Source of the DNA: the human T2T-CHM13v2.0 reference genome, Homo sapiens
Direction: 5' to 3' (one strand)
DNA: 64,000 nt
Assembly (NCBI RefSeq): GCF_009914755.1
Contig: NC_060928.1
Shown piece after piece: positions 27,406-41,434 of the stretch. The translations under genes were made by a program, and so were the position numbers. The notes below the pieces were generated by a model. It was not told where the DNA came from, made no database searches, and saw nothing but the letters and a program-made list of their open reading frames with translations. Every line of letters starts with the position of its first letter. The stretch's first letter is position 1.

Positions 27406-30400
27406 CAGCAGAAAACAAACAAAAAATTACCAATCACGGAATAATGTTGTTATTACACATTAAAATGAAAGTTTTCTATGTGATGTTGAACAAATCAGTT
27501 CAAATATTTGAGATTCAATTTGCTTATTAGCCAAATAAGAAGACTTAGTATGATTATCTTCAAGGTAGCATTCCACTGTCACTCTCCTTGATTCCAACAG
27601 ATAAGAACAAGAATTAGGATGGTTTGAGCCTTTGACTTTGGAAAATAGCATTGCTCTCATGCTTTTGAATGCATTTACAAACTTTAAGAGTCCTCACCAC
27701 AGTTACTGCTAACAACGAATAGGCTACTTCTGACTTCAGCATAGATTCCTGAAGGTTGTAGAGTGGTCAAGAGAGGCAAGTATGTTTTTGAGGAATATAA
27801 TATAATTCTTACCTCCCTCTACTTATTGACGGATACTCACCAAATGCATGCCCACGTCATAGAAACTTGCACACTCTAGAGAGTGTTAGTAGATGTTAGT
27901 AGAACATCTTTAGAGAGATGTTAGTAGAAAGAGTCAAATTGCAGCTTAAATATGTCAATAAATGTATATTTTAGAAAGCTTAGGAAGTAATTCAACTAGA
28001 AGTTAAACATAAGATCTTTTGTTGGTGTTCTCTTCTAAGCCATCCTATGTTCTTATTTTCAATCATATGGTTCTTAAGCAAATTAAGTCGTAGATTATAC
28101 ACAATTGTATGTGGATAAAACATATCATCTTACTTTTATTACTAGAATAGACAGAAAATCATTTTACTTAAAGAGTTACAATTTTTTTTTCTGGTCATAG
28201 CATTAAAAAGTAAACAATAAAATGATATAAATTTTGATGATCTTGCCCAAGATCGATGAACACTAAACTAAAATATTAAAACCATTTTTTGATGGAAAAT
28301 ATTCAGTATGTAAATAGAAAAGGGTTAAGTAAGCATAGAAATATAAACTGTGTTCTGTTACACAATTACAATCATTACAGAAATAATATAGAAGCCTGAA
28401 AATGACTTTTTTTAATGTCCAGTGAAATAAATCAATTGCAAAATTGTATGTGCTATGATTTTTATTGGATAAATATATGGGAATTTTGACAAGATATAGA
28501 GAACAGAAAAATGATAGCAGTTGATTCTTGAAGGATAGTGGGTAAAGTATTTCTAGATTAAAATTCTAAAATTATTTTATTGTTCTGCTAACAAGTTATG
28601 CACGAAGGTATGAAAAAAATATTTTCATGAACAAAATTAGGATAGTATAAAAAGTCTCCTAAGACTATATAGCCAGGAAAGTTTCAGAGACATGATTCAA
28701 ACTTAGTTCTGTGTTTCGCACATGTACACTGTCAGTTACACCAAAATGTCCATCCTTATATTCATTTCCTCTATATTAATGATGAGAGAGTTAAAGTGAC
28801 ATATCGGTTCATCCTACATTGTGATCATTAACATTGGTTTTATATTTGAACATGTGAAGTTTATATTGGTTATAAATAATTAACATTGTAAATATTAATG
28901 TTAATTCACTTCCATCTTATTCTATGAGCATCATAAAATTAATATAAAGGCTAAAACTATAGAGATGACAAGTTAACCACATAGGAAAAGAAACTAAATT
29001 TGGAAAATATATAAATTAGGGAAATATAAAACCAGAATTTAAAGTTCTTTGGTCAGGTAGAAAATTGAAAAAATTTATAACACTGAAATGTAGTGGGATT
29101 AAATATAACATTGCATACTTATTTAAAGGAGGTAATAGTCCTTAAATAAAAGTGTAGTCATCTAGGTTTTCATGCAAAAAAATACTCCAAATTATTATAA
29201 TCAAATATAAGGCTGGATATTAAAACATATGGTTAATTGAAACAGTACTAGTAAAACTAAATTTCTAATATAATGCTTTCTCACTGTGATTTGCAACACA
29301 ACTCATTATTGGGGTCCATGTCAGAAGAACTACTCTTCTCTAGAAATTATAATATACCATCTAAGAATTCAGGTCTTCTTAGTTAATAATCATTTAATTG
29401 CCTTAGTGAACCACTGTTACTGAAGAAAGCAAATAATTCTCCTTAACTTTGATGAAGACTAAATAAAAAACAATAAATTGAATTCCTCATTTAGAGGTTA
29501 CTATATTCAGATAATACATAGAATAATATGCTCAACTCACTTTGGTATAAATTTGTAAGCTGAATTTTTGAGCCAAAGATAAAACAAACACAATTAGAAA
29601 TTGATAAGCAATGTTACACAAAAATAATGAAGAAAATGGGCTCCTTATTTTGGAAAATACATGAGCCAAATTTAAGTATGCAATGTTATAAAGTAGAAGA
29701 GAATATGAATTTATTCCTTGCCTGTTTGCAGGGGAAGAGTAAGACTAGACGAAATTTACCTCTATTTTAAAAAATATGTAATAAAATTAAAATTGAAGTA
29801 GAAAGCCTCTGAAAGTATTAACCTCTTACCACTGGATTGTTCATCTGGGGCTTCCTGACCATCTATCAGGGAATGTGACTCTTGTTCCAACAGACTATCT
29901 CGTGTTTTCTACCTGATGTCTCCAAAACTCTCTGAATCATTGTCAAACAGTTATGCAATTTCATGCCTATATCAGGTAGAACAGATGTGGAAGTGCTTCA
30001 GGTTTGAAAATAAAGCAAGAACGTTGAGTTGGCTTGCTTGAAAGTTGTTTTACTTTGTGCAAAGAAGCAGTGTACAGACTCTAAAAGAAGATAATAATCA
30101 TTGTCAGGAAATGTGTCTCCAGACTTTAGGCTTGCATGTATCAGAAGCAATCCTGATGTTGAGAAATTTGGGGCATTTAGTTAATTGCTGACCATATTTG
30201 CAGAGATCTGATTTCGGGACATCTTGTTTTTTGCATTAATGGTCAAGTTATAGCTAAAAACAAAACAAAAGTAAATTAAGCTAAATAAGGTTAACACTAG
30301 CTTAAAAGTTAATCATTATAAGGTAATAATTATGTCATGTTTCTAAGTTTTGAAAGTTTTGCTTTGCTAGAACTAAAATCTCAGCTACAATCAAATCCCT

Positions 30401-33400
30401 AGAAACTTTGCTATTAAAATCAATTTAACATCTTGCCAATTAATGTGTTTGAATACATGCATTTTTCTGAAGAGAGAATTTTAAGGGAATTTATGGTCAA
30501 AAATTATAAACCAGAGCAGATACTCACACACAGGCACTCAAACAAAACCCTTGGTCAGTTGAATAAATAGATCAACGATTAATTAAGGACTACATGCTTA
30601 TTATATTCTCCTTACATAAAAGACTGTTAAAGATTTTCATATAAATCGTTTTAGAAAGAATCATGAGTTTGAGTTCTCTTATCTTTTAAATAAAACATTA
30701 ATGCTAATCTTATCAGTAGTTGTGAAGATTAAATAATTTACACAAATTCTCATGGCCAGCAAGTGCTAAAATTAGGACTTAATTATACATAATCTCATAG
30801 ATAACTCTGCACACCTAGGGGAATCCTTTAAGAATTAAACATTGATGCATGAACTGATATGCATAGATAGGATACTTTAAAGATGGGCATACTAGCAGGA
30901 CGATTAAAAACAGAAATTACTCTGAAATAGTCTCCAAAAAGAGATACCATTTTTGCCAGTATAGTTTCAGAGATATATGCCGTAGAGTAGAATACTTAAA
31001 TTCTATGCTAAATATTTTTAGTTGTAGTTAGTGAATCAGCTTTGCATGATAGGTTTACTTTAGCTAAAAAATAATGGTGAGCAGGTAGAACATACTACAT
31101 AATCAATCTGCTGGGCAGGACAGGCAGTAGAATTATTAAGCTGGAGATAACGTCAGAAAAAAAAACAGGTTCCATTTGCAGTGCTAATAGGCTCTTGCAT
31201 TAATAAATCATGATTTCAGAGAAATGGTGAGCAACTGAATGTCCAAGGTTAAATGGCTGGGAAATACAGCAGTGGGCAGAATGAAACATGAGAGAGGCCT
31301 TGAGCGATCTTCACAACTCTGTGGTGTTTGGCATCAAGGGATCCATTAAAGGAGGAACAGAGTTTCTACATATTCCCACCAAATGTCCAAATACTGAAAT
31401 CAAATCTCTTGCCTTGGAGTAGGAAGGAATGCTTGCTAGAATTTTTGGCAGAGTTTTGTAGCATGGATGAAGACAACACAATGGATGGGGAGATGAGTTG
31501 TTTAAAATACGATAGGATTTCCTGATACCATCCTAAAGGTAGTAGGCCCTTAGAACTTATTAGCCAATTGGGAGTTTTCTGGTTGCCAAGTTTTAATGCC
31601 ATGGCTGGCCCTCCATGGTGCTTTATGCAAAATCCCACTGATTTGGGTTGGGGAACTAAGAACTTAATTACACTAAGACTATTGATAGAGAGATCTGTTA
31701 AACTGGCTGTGGCAAAACAAAACAAAAGGCAAGAAACGCGGAAGACTGAAGGTTGGTGTCCAATTCCAATATGCTATGCCTCTAGAATCCTAAATGTCTA
31801 GAAGTTGTCTTTCAAAAATGTTCATACATCCATGTATGTCTACATAGATGTATACATTAAATGGCCACATCGTCTATGGGTAGTTGAACTAAATTTTCTT
31901 CCAGGAGTCTTAAAGCTATATACAAGAAAGCAACAATCAATTTTATTTTCAATCTTTTGAATAGTATTCAAAACTGCTAATTATTCTTGTTTTTTACTAC
32001 AACTGTATGGTAGCTTAGGTATAGTTTGGACTAGCCTGGGAGCTTAACTACCAATAACTGTGCTGTTTATATGACAAATGTCATTCAGAATTTCTAACGA
32101 GCAACTTAAAACTGAAAGCATTGCTTTTTTTTTTTTTTTTGGTGGGTTCTCTATAAGCAGTATTACACATTTTAGTATTACATTCAAAATTGTTGCTAAG
32201 GTATTGCCACTAGCATTCTTTCTGTCTTTGTCAGAGGATATTGGAATAAATCTTAAAAAAGGCAAAATGAGAATGGAGCAAGGTAGCAAGTGGACATGTT
32301 AGCAGTGAGCAATGTCATAAAAATAGAATGGTGTAATTCATGTTTCATGAAAGCTGACTGTTCTACAGGGATTGTCTCACTCTTAGCTTACATACTGTAC
32401 TATTTTACTGGAACCGGACATGATGACATTATGTCAACATGTAATTAAGAAGGTGATTAAAATCAGTTTGGATTAGGCCAGAATTGTGACTTGAGAATTA
32501 ATGGGTAAGTATCTTTTAAGAATGGTGATACATTTCAGAAGAAGGTTAATTGTTGGAAGAAAAAGTAAAAATGAACTAGTGCTACTGTCATATTTGTCCA
32601 TTTTCTACTTGCTCACATTTTCTTCCTAAGATAGCTGAGTCAAGAGAAAAATGAGTTATTTTTTTTCCTGCTAAAATGCAAGATATTACATCAGGAAATG
32701 TTAAAATGAGTTTAAATCAACAAGGTTTTAAAAATCAAATTGACTCATTTTTAAAGTGAGTTAAAATCAAAATGAGTTATCATCAGAGGGAGGCTGAATT
32801 GGGTCACGTTAATAAAATGGAAAGAGCATGAACAATCTGATGAAGCTTGGCAGTTTCATCATCACAAACATTCCCTGCTGAGATAATGAACTTGACAATA
32901 ACTCTTCTTATTCTTAAGATATGATAGCACAAAGCTATTGTACAAAATCTCAGAATGTGGGCAATTCATGCTGACTACAGAATCATTTTCCATAGAGACT
33001 AAGAGATCCTGTGATTGATACATTTTCGTAGTGACTCCTTCATGTTCATATAGGAATGCTAAGAATAAAACTGGCCTGGTTCTACTTATAATATTTAGGT
33101 GATGCTGTTAGTGATCTCAAATAATAGTAGGCAATTTGCTGAAGTTGGTTATTTGAATTAATTTACCTAAGTGTTGAAAATAACAGTGAAAATATCAACA
33201 GGAAAAGTTTGATTCAAAATGAGTAGTTCAGCGAGATTTCTGTTCATCCTACTTTTAAGCAGAGCTTAAAGTTTATCCAAATATTTCTCATGTCTAAATT
33301 ATTTTGCATCACAGTCCTTATCACCACCACCTTCCATCACCAGCCCAAGAGAACTTCTCATAAGCAGATAAACATGTTAGATGCAATCCTGTGTGTTAGT

Positions 33401-33420
33401 TTCTATCCCAAGGCATTTTT

Positions 33421-33727
33421 CATCTTTTTTTATGTAAGAAAATGTCCTAAGTCTATCTAGAAAATCTACATTGAATACAGAAGTCATGATAATCTCAAAG
33501 AAAGTTAAGCCTATGTAATCTACATCTTTTTTTATGTAAGAAAATGTCCTAAGTCTATCTAGAAAATCTACATTGAATACAGAAGTCATGACAATCTCGA
33601 AGAAAGTTAAGCCTATGTAATCTACATCTTTTTTTATGTAAGAAAATGTCCTAAGTCTATCTAGAAAATCTACATTGAATACAGAAGTCATGATAATCTC
33701 AAAGAAAGTTAAGCCTATGTAATCTAC
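33421..33727. repeat. Tandem repeat, 3 copies of a 102-bp unit
   Basis: Units start at 33421, 33523 and 33625 ('catctttttttatgtaagaaaatgtcc...gcctatgtaatcta'). Copies 1 and 3 look identical, and copy 2 has two substitutions. Confidence 0.97.
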
Positions 33728-34473
33728 TAAAAGAAGTATTAGTTGTCATTGGTCAAATATTCTGCTTGTCAGAGAGTTAACTTTCAAATCTTGTTAAACC
33801 CAAATATTTAGAAGCCTTTAGGGACTTTGGGGTAGTGGGGAGACCATAGGACCCCAGAGGATCTGTCTGCCTGTAGCAGAGTTGGAGAGTCATAACTAAT
33901 GATCCCAGCTATATGTTAATCATCCTCAGAAATCTGCAGTGACAAGGATTGATTGAAAAGAATGAGCAACCTATATAGTAAGATATTCTTAATCGCTCTA
34001 GCACATGACTATGGTTGAGAAATAGCTGTATTAACCATCCTGTTCAACCAGGATACAGAACAAAACTAAAACTGACAAGTTCTCCAGCGATGACCCTTGG
34101 GGATTGTGCTTTGATACAATGTTGCTTTCATATTTGAAGTTCTCTGCAATAGTTTGAGAGACTGCTACATGCTCCCAGAAGGTTACACAGTAATATCTGT
34201 GAGTTGTGTTTCCCACGCAGAAAAAAAAACCAGCAGGAGCTAGAAGTCCTTTGAGAAGTGCTTTACCAAATCCTTAAATAGATACTTTTTTAAAAAGTCT
34301 GTATCTTTAATTCTATACCTGGTGGTTCCCATTACTTCCAGCATTGCTTCTACTGCTTTGTAATGTTCCTAGTAGACAGGGCTACCTCAGAAGGCAACAA
34401 ATTGAGAAGGAAAATGAATGTTCAAAGTCAATCTTTTGCTTGATTTCCCAAACCATACCACCTAACACAGTGT

Positions 34474-34758
34474 TATGTTCCTTGTGTCTCCACATATGTT
34501 AAGGTATTATATATAGAGTCATAAAAATCCTTGCGTCTCATGAGTAGTGAATCAGGAGTGTCAAATGTATTTGTTTTGCATAACTCTCTAAACAGTTCCC
34601 GCGAAGGACTGTCAGTGTTGTCCATGCTATTAAAAATAGAGTCCTTAGCATTTTGGGGCCAATAATATTAACCATCCAACTCCAGAAACCCAAAAACCAA
34701 GAAAATAACTTCATCCTTAATATTCTGTTCCTCTAGAACTACTCCTGATACCAAAATC
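34474..34758 (-). mobile_element. HERV-L internal 5' fragment (PBS region and start of gag), truncated
   Basis: Minus strand reads 'gattttggtatcaggagtagttctagaggaacagaatattaaggatg...gggtttctggagttgg...gaactgtttagagagttatgcaaa', the HERV-L leader and gag N-terminus (ELFRELCK), directly abutting an MLT2A LTR. Confidence 0.85.
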
Positions 34759-35120
34759 TGTATTAGTCAAGGTTATCTAGAGGACAGAACTAGTAGGATA
34801 GATGTATATAAAAAGGGGAGTTTAGTAAGCAGTATTAACTTACACAATCACAAGGTCCCACAATAGGTTGTCTGCAAGCTGAGTAACAAGGAAGCCAGTT
34901 CAAGTCCTAAAGCTGAAAAATGTGGGGTCCAGTGTTCGAGGGCAGGAAATATTCAGCATGGGAGAAAGATGTAGGCTAAGAGGCTAAAGGTGGGTTTGCC
35001 TTTCCAAGCCCACTGATTCAAATGTTAATCTTTTTTGGCAACACCCTCACAGACACACCCAGGATTAATACTTTGCATCCTTCAATCCAATCAAGTTGAC
35101 AATTAGTATTAACCATCACA
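34759..35120 (-). mobile_element. MLT2A1 5' LTR of HERV-L, with internal deletion
   Basis: Minus strand starts 'tgtgatggttaatactaattgtcaacttgattggattgaaggatgcaaagtatt' and ends 'gactaataca'. About 360 bp, with a jump near 34985. Confidence 0.88.
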
Positions 35121-35280
35121 CTAACACAATGTACATGCTATGTAAAGAGTAGCTATGATGAATCTGTATTATTTTTATTGTTGTATTGTTGTGTATTATT
35201 TTATTTTTTTGTATATTTTCTATTCATGATTGGTTGAAGTCATGGATGCAGTATCCACAGATGCAGAGGGTGGACTGTGC
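35121..35280 (+). mobile_element. MER2-like (Tigger) DNA transposon, distal half only
   Basis: 'ctaacacaatgtacatgctatgtaaa...ttggttgaagtcatggatgcagtatccacagatgcagagggtggactgt'. Confidence 0.7.
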
Positions 35281-35979
35281 CCCTCTACTGCCTTAACCCT
35301 ATTCTTTCCAATGAGTTAAATTGTTTTCAAAATTTTGTTTAGGTACACATTAATTGTGTGAAGAAAAATTCAATATATTGATATTATTTATATTTATGTT
35401 TTGCTTGATATAATTAGATCTTTCTGAATTGAGCAGAATTTTCCCAGGATGGATGGGAAAGGAACTTTCAATTTGGATTTCAGCCCAAATACAAACACTG
35501 CTTTAAATAGACAGTAAATATTAGTGTTAAATAGAAACACACTGAGAACAGCAATAAAATCTCATGGGAAACCTAACTTTGAATTATGCTCCCAGACACA
35601 AACTCTTCAAATACATAATTAAAAGTGTGGTAGTATTTGTGGATTAAATAGTGGCTATTGCAGGCAAATGTATTACTTTAGTGTGGTCATTAAAGTGATG
35701 GCATAGATATTACATATCCTAAATTATTTTAAGTGTAATTGCATATTATAATTACAGATACTTAAAAAAACTCTGATAAGCAAATCTGTCTGCTAAAGCC
35801 AGACCTTCTTTAAAAACATAACTACCCAAACTCATTTTACTTCTTTCTTCTCTGTCAAATGAATATCTTTAAATGAGCAAGAATAGAACACATATTATTT
35901 TATAAAGAATTAAAATCCACGATTATTTAGAATATAGGACAACTCTAGTTGCTTAACATCAGTTTAAATCTCTTGGACT

Positions 35980-36951
35980 CACACATAGATTAATGGAACA
36001 GAATAGAGAGCCCAGGAATAAAGCTGCATGCCTACAACCATTTGATTTTTAACAAATTTGATGTAGACAAGCAAAGCATAATAAATGGTGCTGGGATAAC
36101 AGGCCATCCATATGCAGAAGAAAGAAAATGGACTCTTACCTATCACTGTACACAAAAATTAACTCAAGATATATTACAGACTTAAATATAAGTCCTCAAA
36201 ATATACAAATCCTAGAAGAAAACCCATAAAATACTATTCTCAATATCAATGTTAGAAAAGAATTTATGGCTAAGTCCTCCAAAGCAATTGCAACAAAACA
36301 AAAATTAATAAGCGGGACCTAATTAAATGAAAGGGCTTCTGCACAGCAAGAGAAACAGTCAAGGAAGTCAACAGACAATCTACAGAATGGGAGAAAATAT
36401 TCACAAAGTATGCATCTGACAAAGGTCTAATATCCAGAATGTGTAAGGAACTTCAACCAACCAACAAGCAAAAACAAACTGCCTCATTACAAAGTGGGCA
36501 AAGGACACAAATAGACACATCTCAAAAGAAGACATACAAACAACCAACAAACATATGGGAAAATGTTCATCATCCTTAATCATCAGAGAAATGCAAATCA
36601 AAACTACCATGAGATAGCATCTCATGCCAGTCAGAATGGCTTTTGTTAAAAAGTCAAAAAATAACAGATACTGGTGAGGATGCAGGGAAAAGAGGACACT
36701 GATACACTGTTGCTGGGAAGGTAAATTATCCCAGCCTCTGTGGAGAGCAGTTTGAAAAGTTCTCGAAGAATTGTGTTGAACTACCATTCAATCCAACAAT
36801 TCTATTACTGGGTATATACCCAAAGTAAAACACATCATTCTATTGAAAGTACACATGCATCCATATGTTCACTGCAGTGCTATTCACAATAGCAATAACA
36901 TGGAATGAAGCCAGGTGCCTATCAATGGTGGATTGAATAAAGAAAAAAAAA

Positions 36952-36999
<48 letters not shown>

Positions 37000-37340
37000 C
37001 ATGGACTACTATGCAGCCATAAAAAATGAAATCATGTCCTTTTCAGCAACATGGATGCAGTTGGAGACCATTATCCTAAGCAAACTAATACAGCAAAGGA
37101 AAATTAAATACTGCATGTTCTCACTTATAATTGGGCACTAAACACTGGGTACACATGGTCATAAATATGAGAGCAATAGAGAGAGAGCAGGGAAAGGGCT
37201 GAAAAACTACCTATTGGGTACTATGCCTACTACCTGGGTGATGGGTTCAGTCATAACTTAAACTTCAGCATCATGCAATATACTTTTGTAAAATATCTGG
37301 TCATATATCCCCTGATTCTAAAATAAAGTTGTAAAAATAT
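35980..37340 (+). mobile_element. 5'-truncated L1 (L1PA15/16 or L1PB-like), ORF2 end plus 3'UTR, with internal (CA)n at ~36954-36997
   Basis: ORF2 C-terminal motifs ('aatggaacagaatagagagcccag', 'gagaaatgcaaatcaaaactacc') and 3' end 'gaaaaactacctattgggtactatgc...ctaaaataaagttg'. Confidence 0.92.
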
Positions 37341-38209
37341 ATAAAACAAAATTGTACCTAAATGCAAAAAAATATCACAAACACTTCTCTTGGTCTCTAG
37401 GATTTTCTTTCCAGGGAACTCCGATAATTTGTAAATGAGAACACTAAGTGGCTGTCAGTAAGTTTTCAGAAGTGGTAAATAATGCACCATCTTCCAAAAG
37501 ACTGGCAATTAATAAATATTTTTCAGATATTTTTTACACAGATAACTGTAACCTTTTTTTCAAAATTTCAGTTGGTAAAATGTACATCTCTTCCAAAGAG
37601 AACAAATGAACTATTAATGTGATGATTCAGGTAAATTAGGAAATAATGATTACTCAGAGCCATCAAAAATTTACTAAGAACAAGGAGATTTATCTTTTTT
37701 AAAAAAAAATACAGTTGTTCAACTGGGATCTCAGAAATGTTTTAGAAAACATTAGTGCATGATGCTCTCATCATTTTTGCTATGTTTGCAAATCACATGT
37801 ATTCTTATTTTCTTAGGTTTTTCCTTAAATAAACTCACATTTTTTTAATTATATAAAGAATTTCAAAAGGGAACTTGCTGATAAGAGGGGGGTAGAAAAG
37901 ATGGGGATAAAAGAGAAGAAAAAATATGCCTTTGAAGATAAAAAGCTACAGTCAGATTTCAAAGGGTAGACTTTTAAAATACCAGAGACAGAGAAAGGAA
38001 TCCAAGAGGCCCCAAGGAATCAAGTACAAGAAGCTTCAGGTAAATAAAGGCAGCAGGTAACAGGCACTCAGTACTGAGGTATCTGGCAGACATATTGAAA
38101 AGAAGAGAGTACAGCTCAGACAGAGAAGTGGGAACAAGGATTGAAGTAAAGAAGAAATTTCAGATATTCTGTTACAAGGATAATGGGGTAAAAACATACT
38201 TAAGAGAGT

Positions 38210-39038
<829 letters not shown>

Positions 39039-40104
39039 TGAAAAAAGATATTAAAGGAGGTAGTGGGAAGTCAGGACTCTGAGATGAATTCATTTTGCTT
39101 CTCCTTTTAAGGATACCATCTTTTAAAATCAATCTGCTCCTTCATCAACCCAAGGCACAGGCTTTATTCTATAGTCTTCGTGGCTTTAGAACTTGGTCCA
39201 ATGTCCAGTGATGGGTTAAGAATATCAAGTAGAGAAAATGGCCTTGTTAGACTGAGAGATGTGTTCTTCTGGAGAAAGAGGTGCACAAATGAGAGCTGAT
39301 ATGTTGGAAAGATTTTAGAAGGAAAAGCAGGAGAATAGAAATTAATGCTGGAGGTGGTCCTTGAAAAGGGGTTACAGGGTGGAGGGGGAGCTCATGGAAC
39401 TGGAACTAGAAACAGGCACTAAGATGATTAAGTGAGAATGAGATAAAGGGGATCCAGATAAGAGAGGAGAGAAATGAATGGGAGGTAAATAATTGGTGCC
39501 ATGAGAAATGTGAGGACTCAGGAATTATTTCAGGAGAAATAATTTAATGTAAGAAACTGGTTGAATGATTATTAGAATAGTTAAACTGCAAAAAGTGAAC
39601 CTAGAGTTGTTACATTCCTAAGGTTGTTGTCAGAAAGTAGCTAACGCCCCTAGGAATGAAGAATCAAGTGGACAGTTTAGAGTTATTGGAAACGAGAAGT
39701 TTGAAAAAGGACCCTGTGGAGTTAGGCAGCAAATCTTTGAGAAGGTGTTGCTGCCAAACAGGTGCTGGTATTTTAGAAACAAGAAAAAGGATCGTTGTAA
39801 TGCTAAAACTGAACCTCTGAGGAGAAAGTGACAATGGCTGACGCTGGCATCTCTGGGGAGACACAAAGAGGCCAGTTCTGAGGTGTTGAATGAAACTTTT
39901 GGTTTCAGTGGAACCCAATTGCTACTGACAACATGAAAGCCCATTGTTAGGATGACCCAAGAACTCAGGAAAACAGAAACAATTATTTCACATCTTCCTG
40001 AATTCCAATAGTCTCTAGCTCATTCTATGGGCCAAACTTAACAGGATGCTATCTGGCAAAGGACAAGGGTAACTTTTAGAGTCCCGGCCCTAGTTGCACA
40101 CAGA

Positions 40105-40110
40105 CGCGCG

Positions 40111-40150
<40 letters not shown>
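40105..40150. repeat. (CG)7(CA)16 alternating purine-pyrimidine microsatellite
   Basis: Directly visible. Confidence 0.97.
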
Positions 40151-40153
<3 letters not shown>

Positions 40154-40491
40154 GATTGAAAAATGAGACTAAATTTGGAACTGAGGGACAAAACCTTAAA
40201 AGCATGTGGAAATGTCAACCTTAAGACATTACACAATTGCTTTCTTGAAATTTCTGTTCTCAGTCCTTTCGTCTTCAGAATTTCTATAAGTGATTTAAAT
40301 AATAACACAATTAATATTATGACTATATGTAAATCAAATATGGCAGTTTTTCTTGCCATGGTAATTGACAATAAGGGTTTATAGACATCGTCAACGGAAG
40401 TAAAATAGCCTAAAGTTTTATTAATTAAAGATGTAAAGAGCAAATATAAAATCCAAAGTTGGTCTAAAGTTGGAAAGAAAATTCAGGACTG

Positions 40492-40809
<318 letters not shown>

Positions 40810-40899
40810 TCAGAGCTGTAAATTGTATAAAAGCCAATATAGTAAAGAAACTGTCAGAAAACCTTACATAACCCTACCTTTTACTAAGGAGTTCCTTAG

Positions 40900-41430
40900 G
40901 GATATAATTATGGCCGCTAATATGTATGGAGTATATTTTATGTGCCAAGCACTGTGTCAAGTGCTTTATAGGCATTATTTCTTTAAAAACACACCCACAA
41001 ACTCTCTGAAGTAAATTCAGTTAGCATTTCTATTCGAACTATGAGGGAATGGAAGCCTAGAATGGATAAATTTTTTTTAATTTCCAACTTCTATTTTAAG
41101 TTCAGGAGTACATGTGCAGGATGTACAGGTTTGTTACACAGGAAAACATGCGCCGTGATGGTTTGCTGCACAGATCATCCCATCACCTAGGCATTAAGCC
41201 CAGCATCCATTAGCTGTTCTTCCTGATGCTCTAGCTCCTCCCAACCCCCATCCTCCGACAGGCCCCAGTGTGTATTGTTCCCCACCATGCGTCTGTGTGT
41301 TCTAAGATGGAGCTGGAAGCCATTATCCTTAGAATGGATAAATCTTTACAATGGATTTGCCTAAGCTTCACAATAAGTGCTGGAAAGATTCAAATCCAGT
41401 TTTATGCCAAACCCGTAACCAGTATGCTGT
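40900..41430 (-). mobile_element. MIR interrupted by a short L1
   Basis: 'tatgtgccaagcactgtgtcaagtgcttta' on the left and 'gatttgcctaagcttcaca...gattcaaatccag' on the right of the L1. Confidence 0.7.
41072..41329 (-). mobile_element. Short L1PA 3' end with 5' inversion
   Basis: Reverse L1 3'UTR at 41072-41303, then a sense-oriented L1 piece 'gatggagctggaagccattatcct' (~41306-41329). 14-bp TSD tagaatggataaat at 41058-41071 and 41330-41343. Confidence 0.88.
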
Positions 41431-41434
41431 TACT

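Noticed and set aside
29907-29981. 11-bp inverted repeat (ttctacctgat / atcaggtagaa) with a 53-nt spacer, possible MITE or pre-miRNA
   Set aside because: No TSD, and the interior does not pair into an extended stem.
33377-33691. 104-aa minus-strand ORF with a 34-aa repeat, and a possible CRISPR-like array
   Set aside because: The ORF is a by-product of a 102-bp tandem unit divisible by three. The units are contiguous with no unique spacers, and the DNA is primate.
36401-36787. 128-aa minus-strand ORF
   Set aside because: Antisense reading of L1 ORF2.
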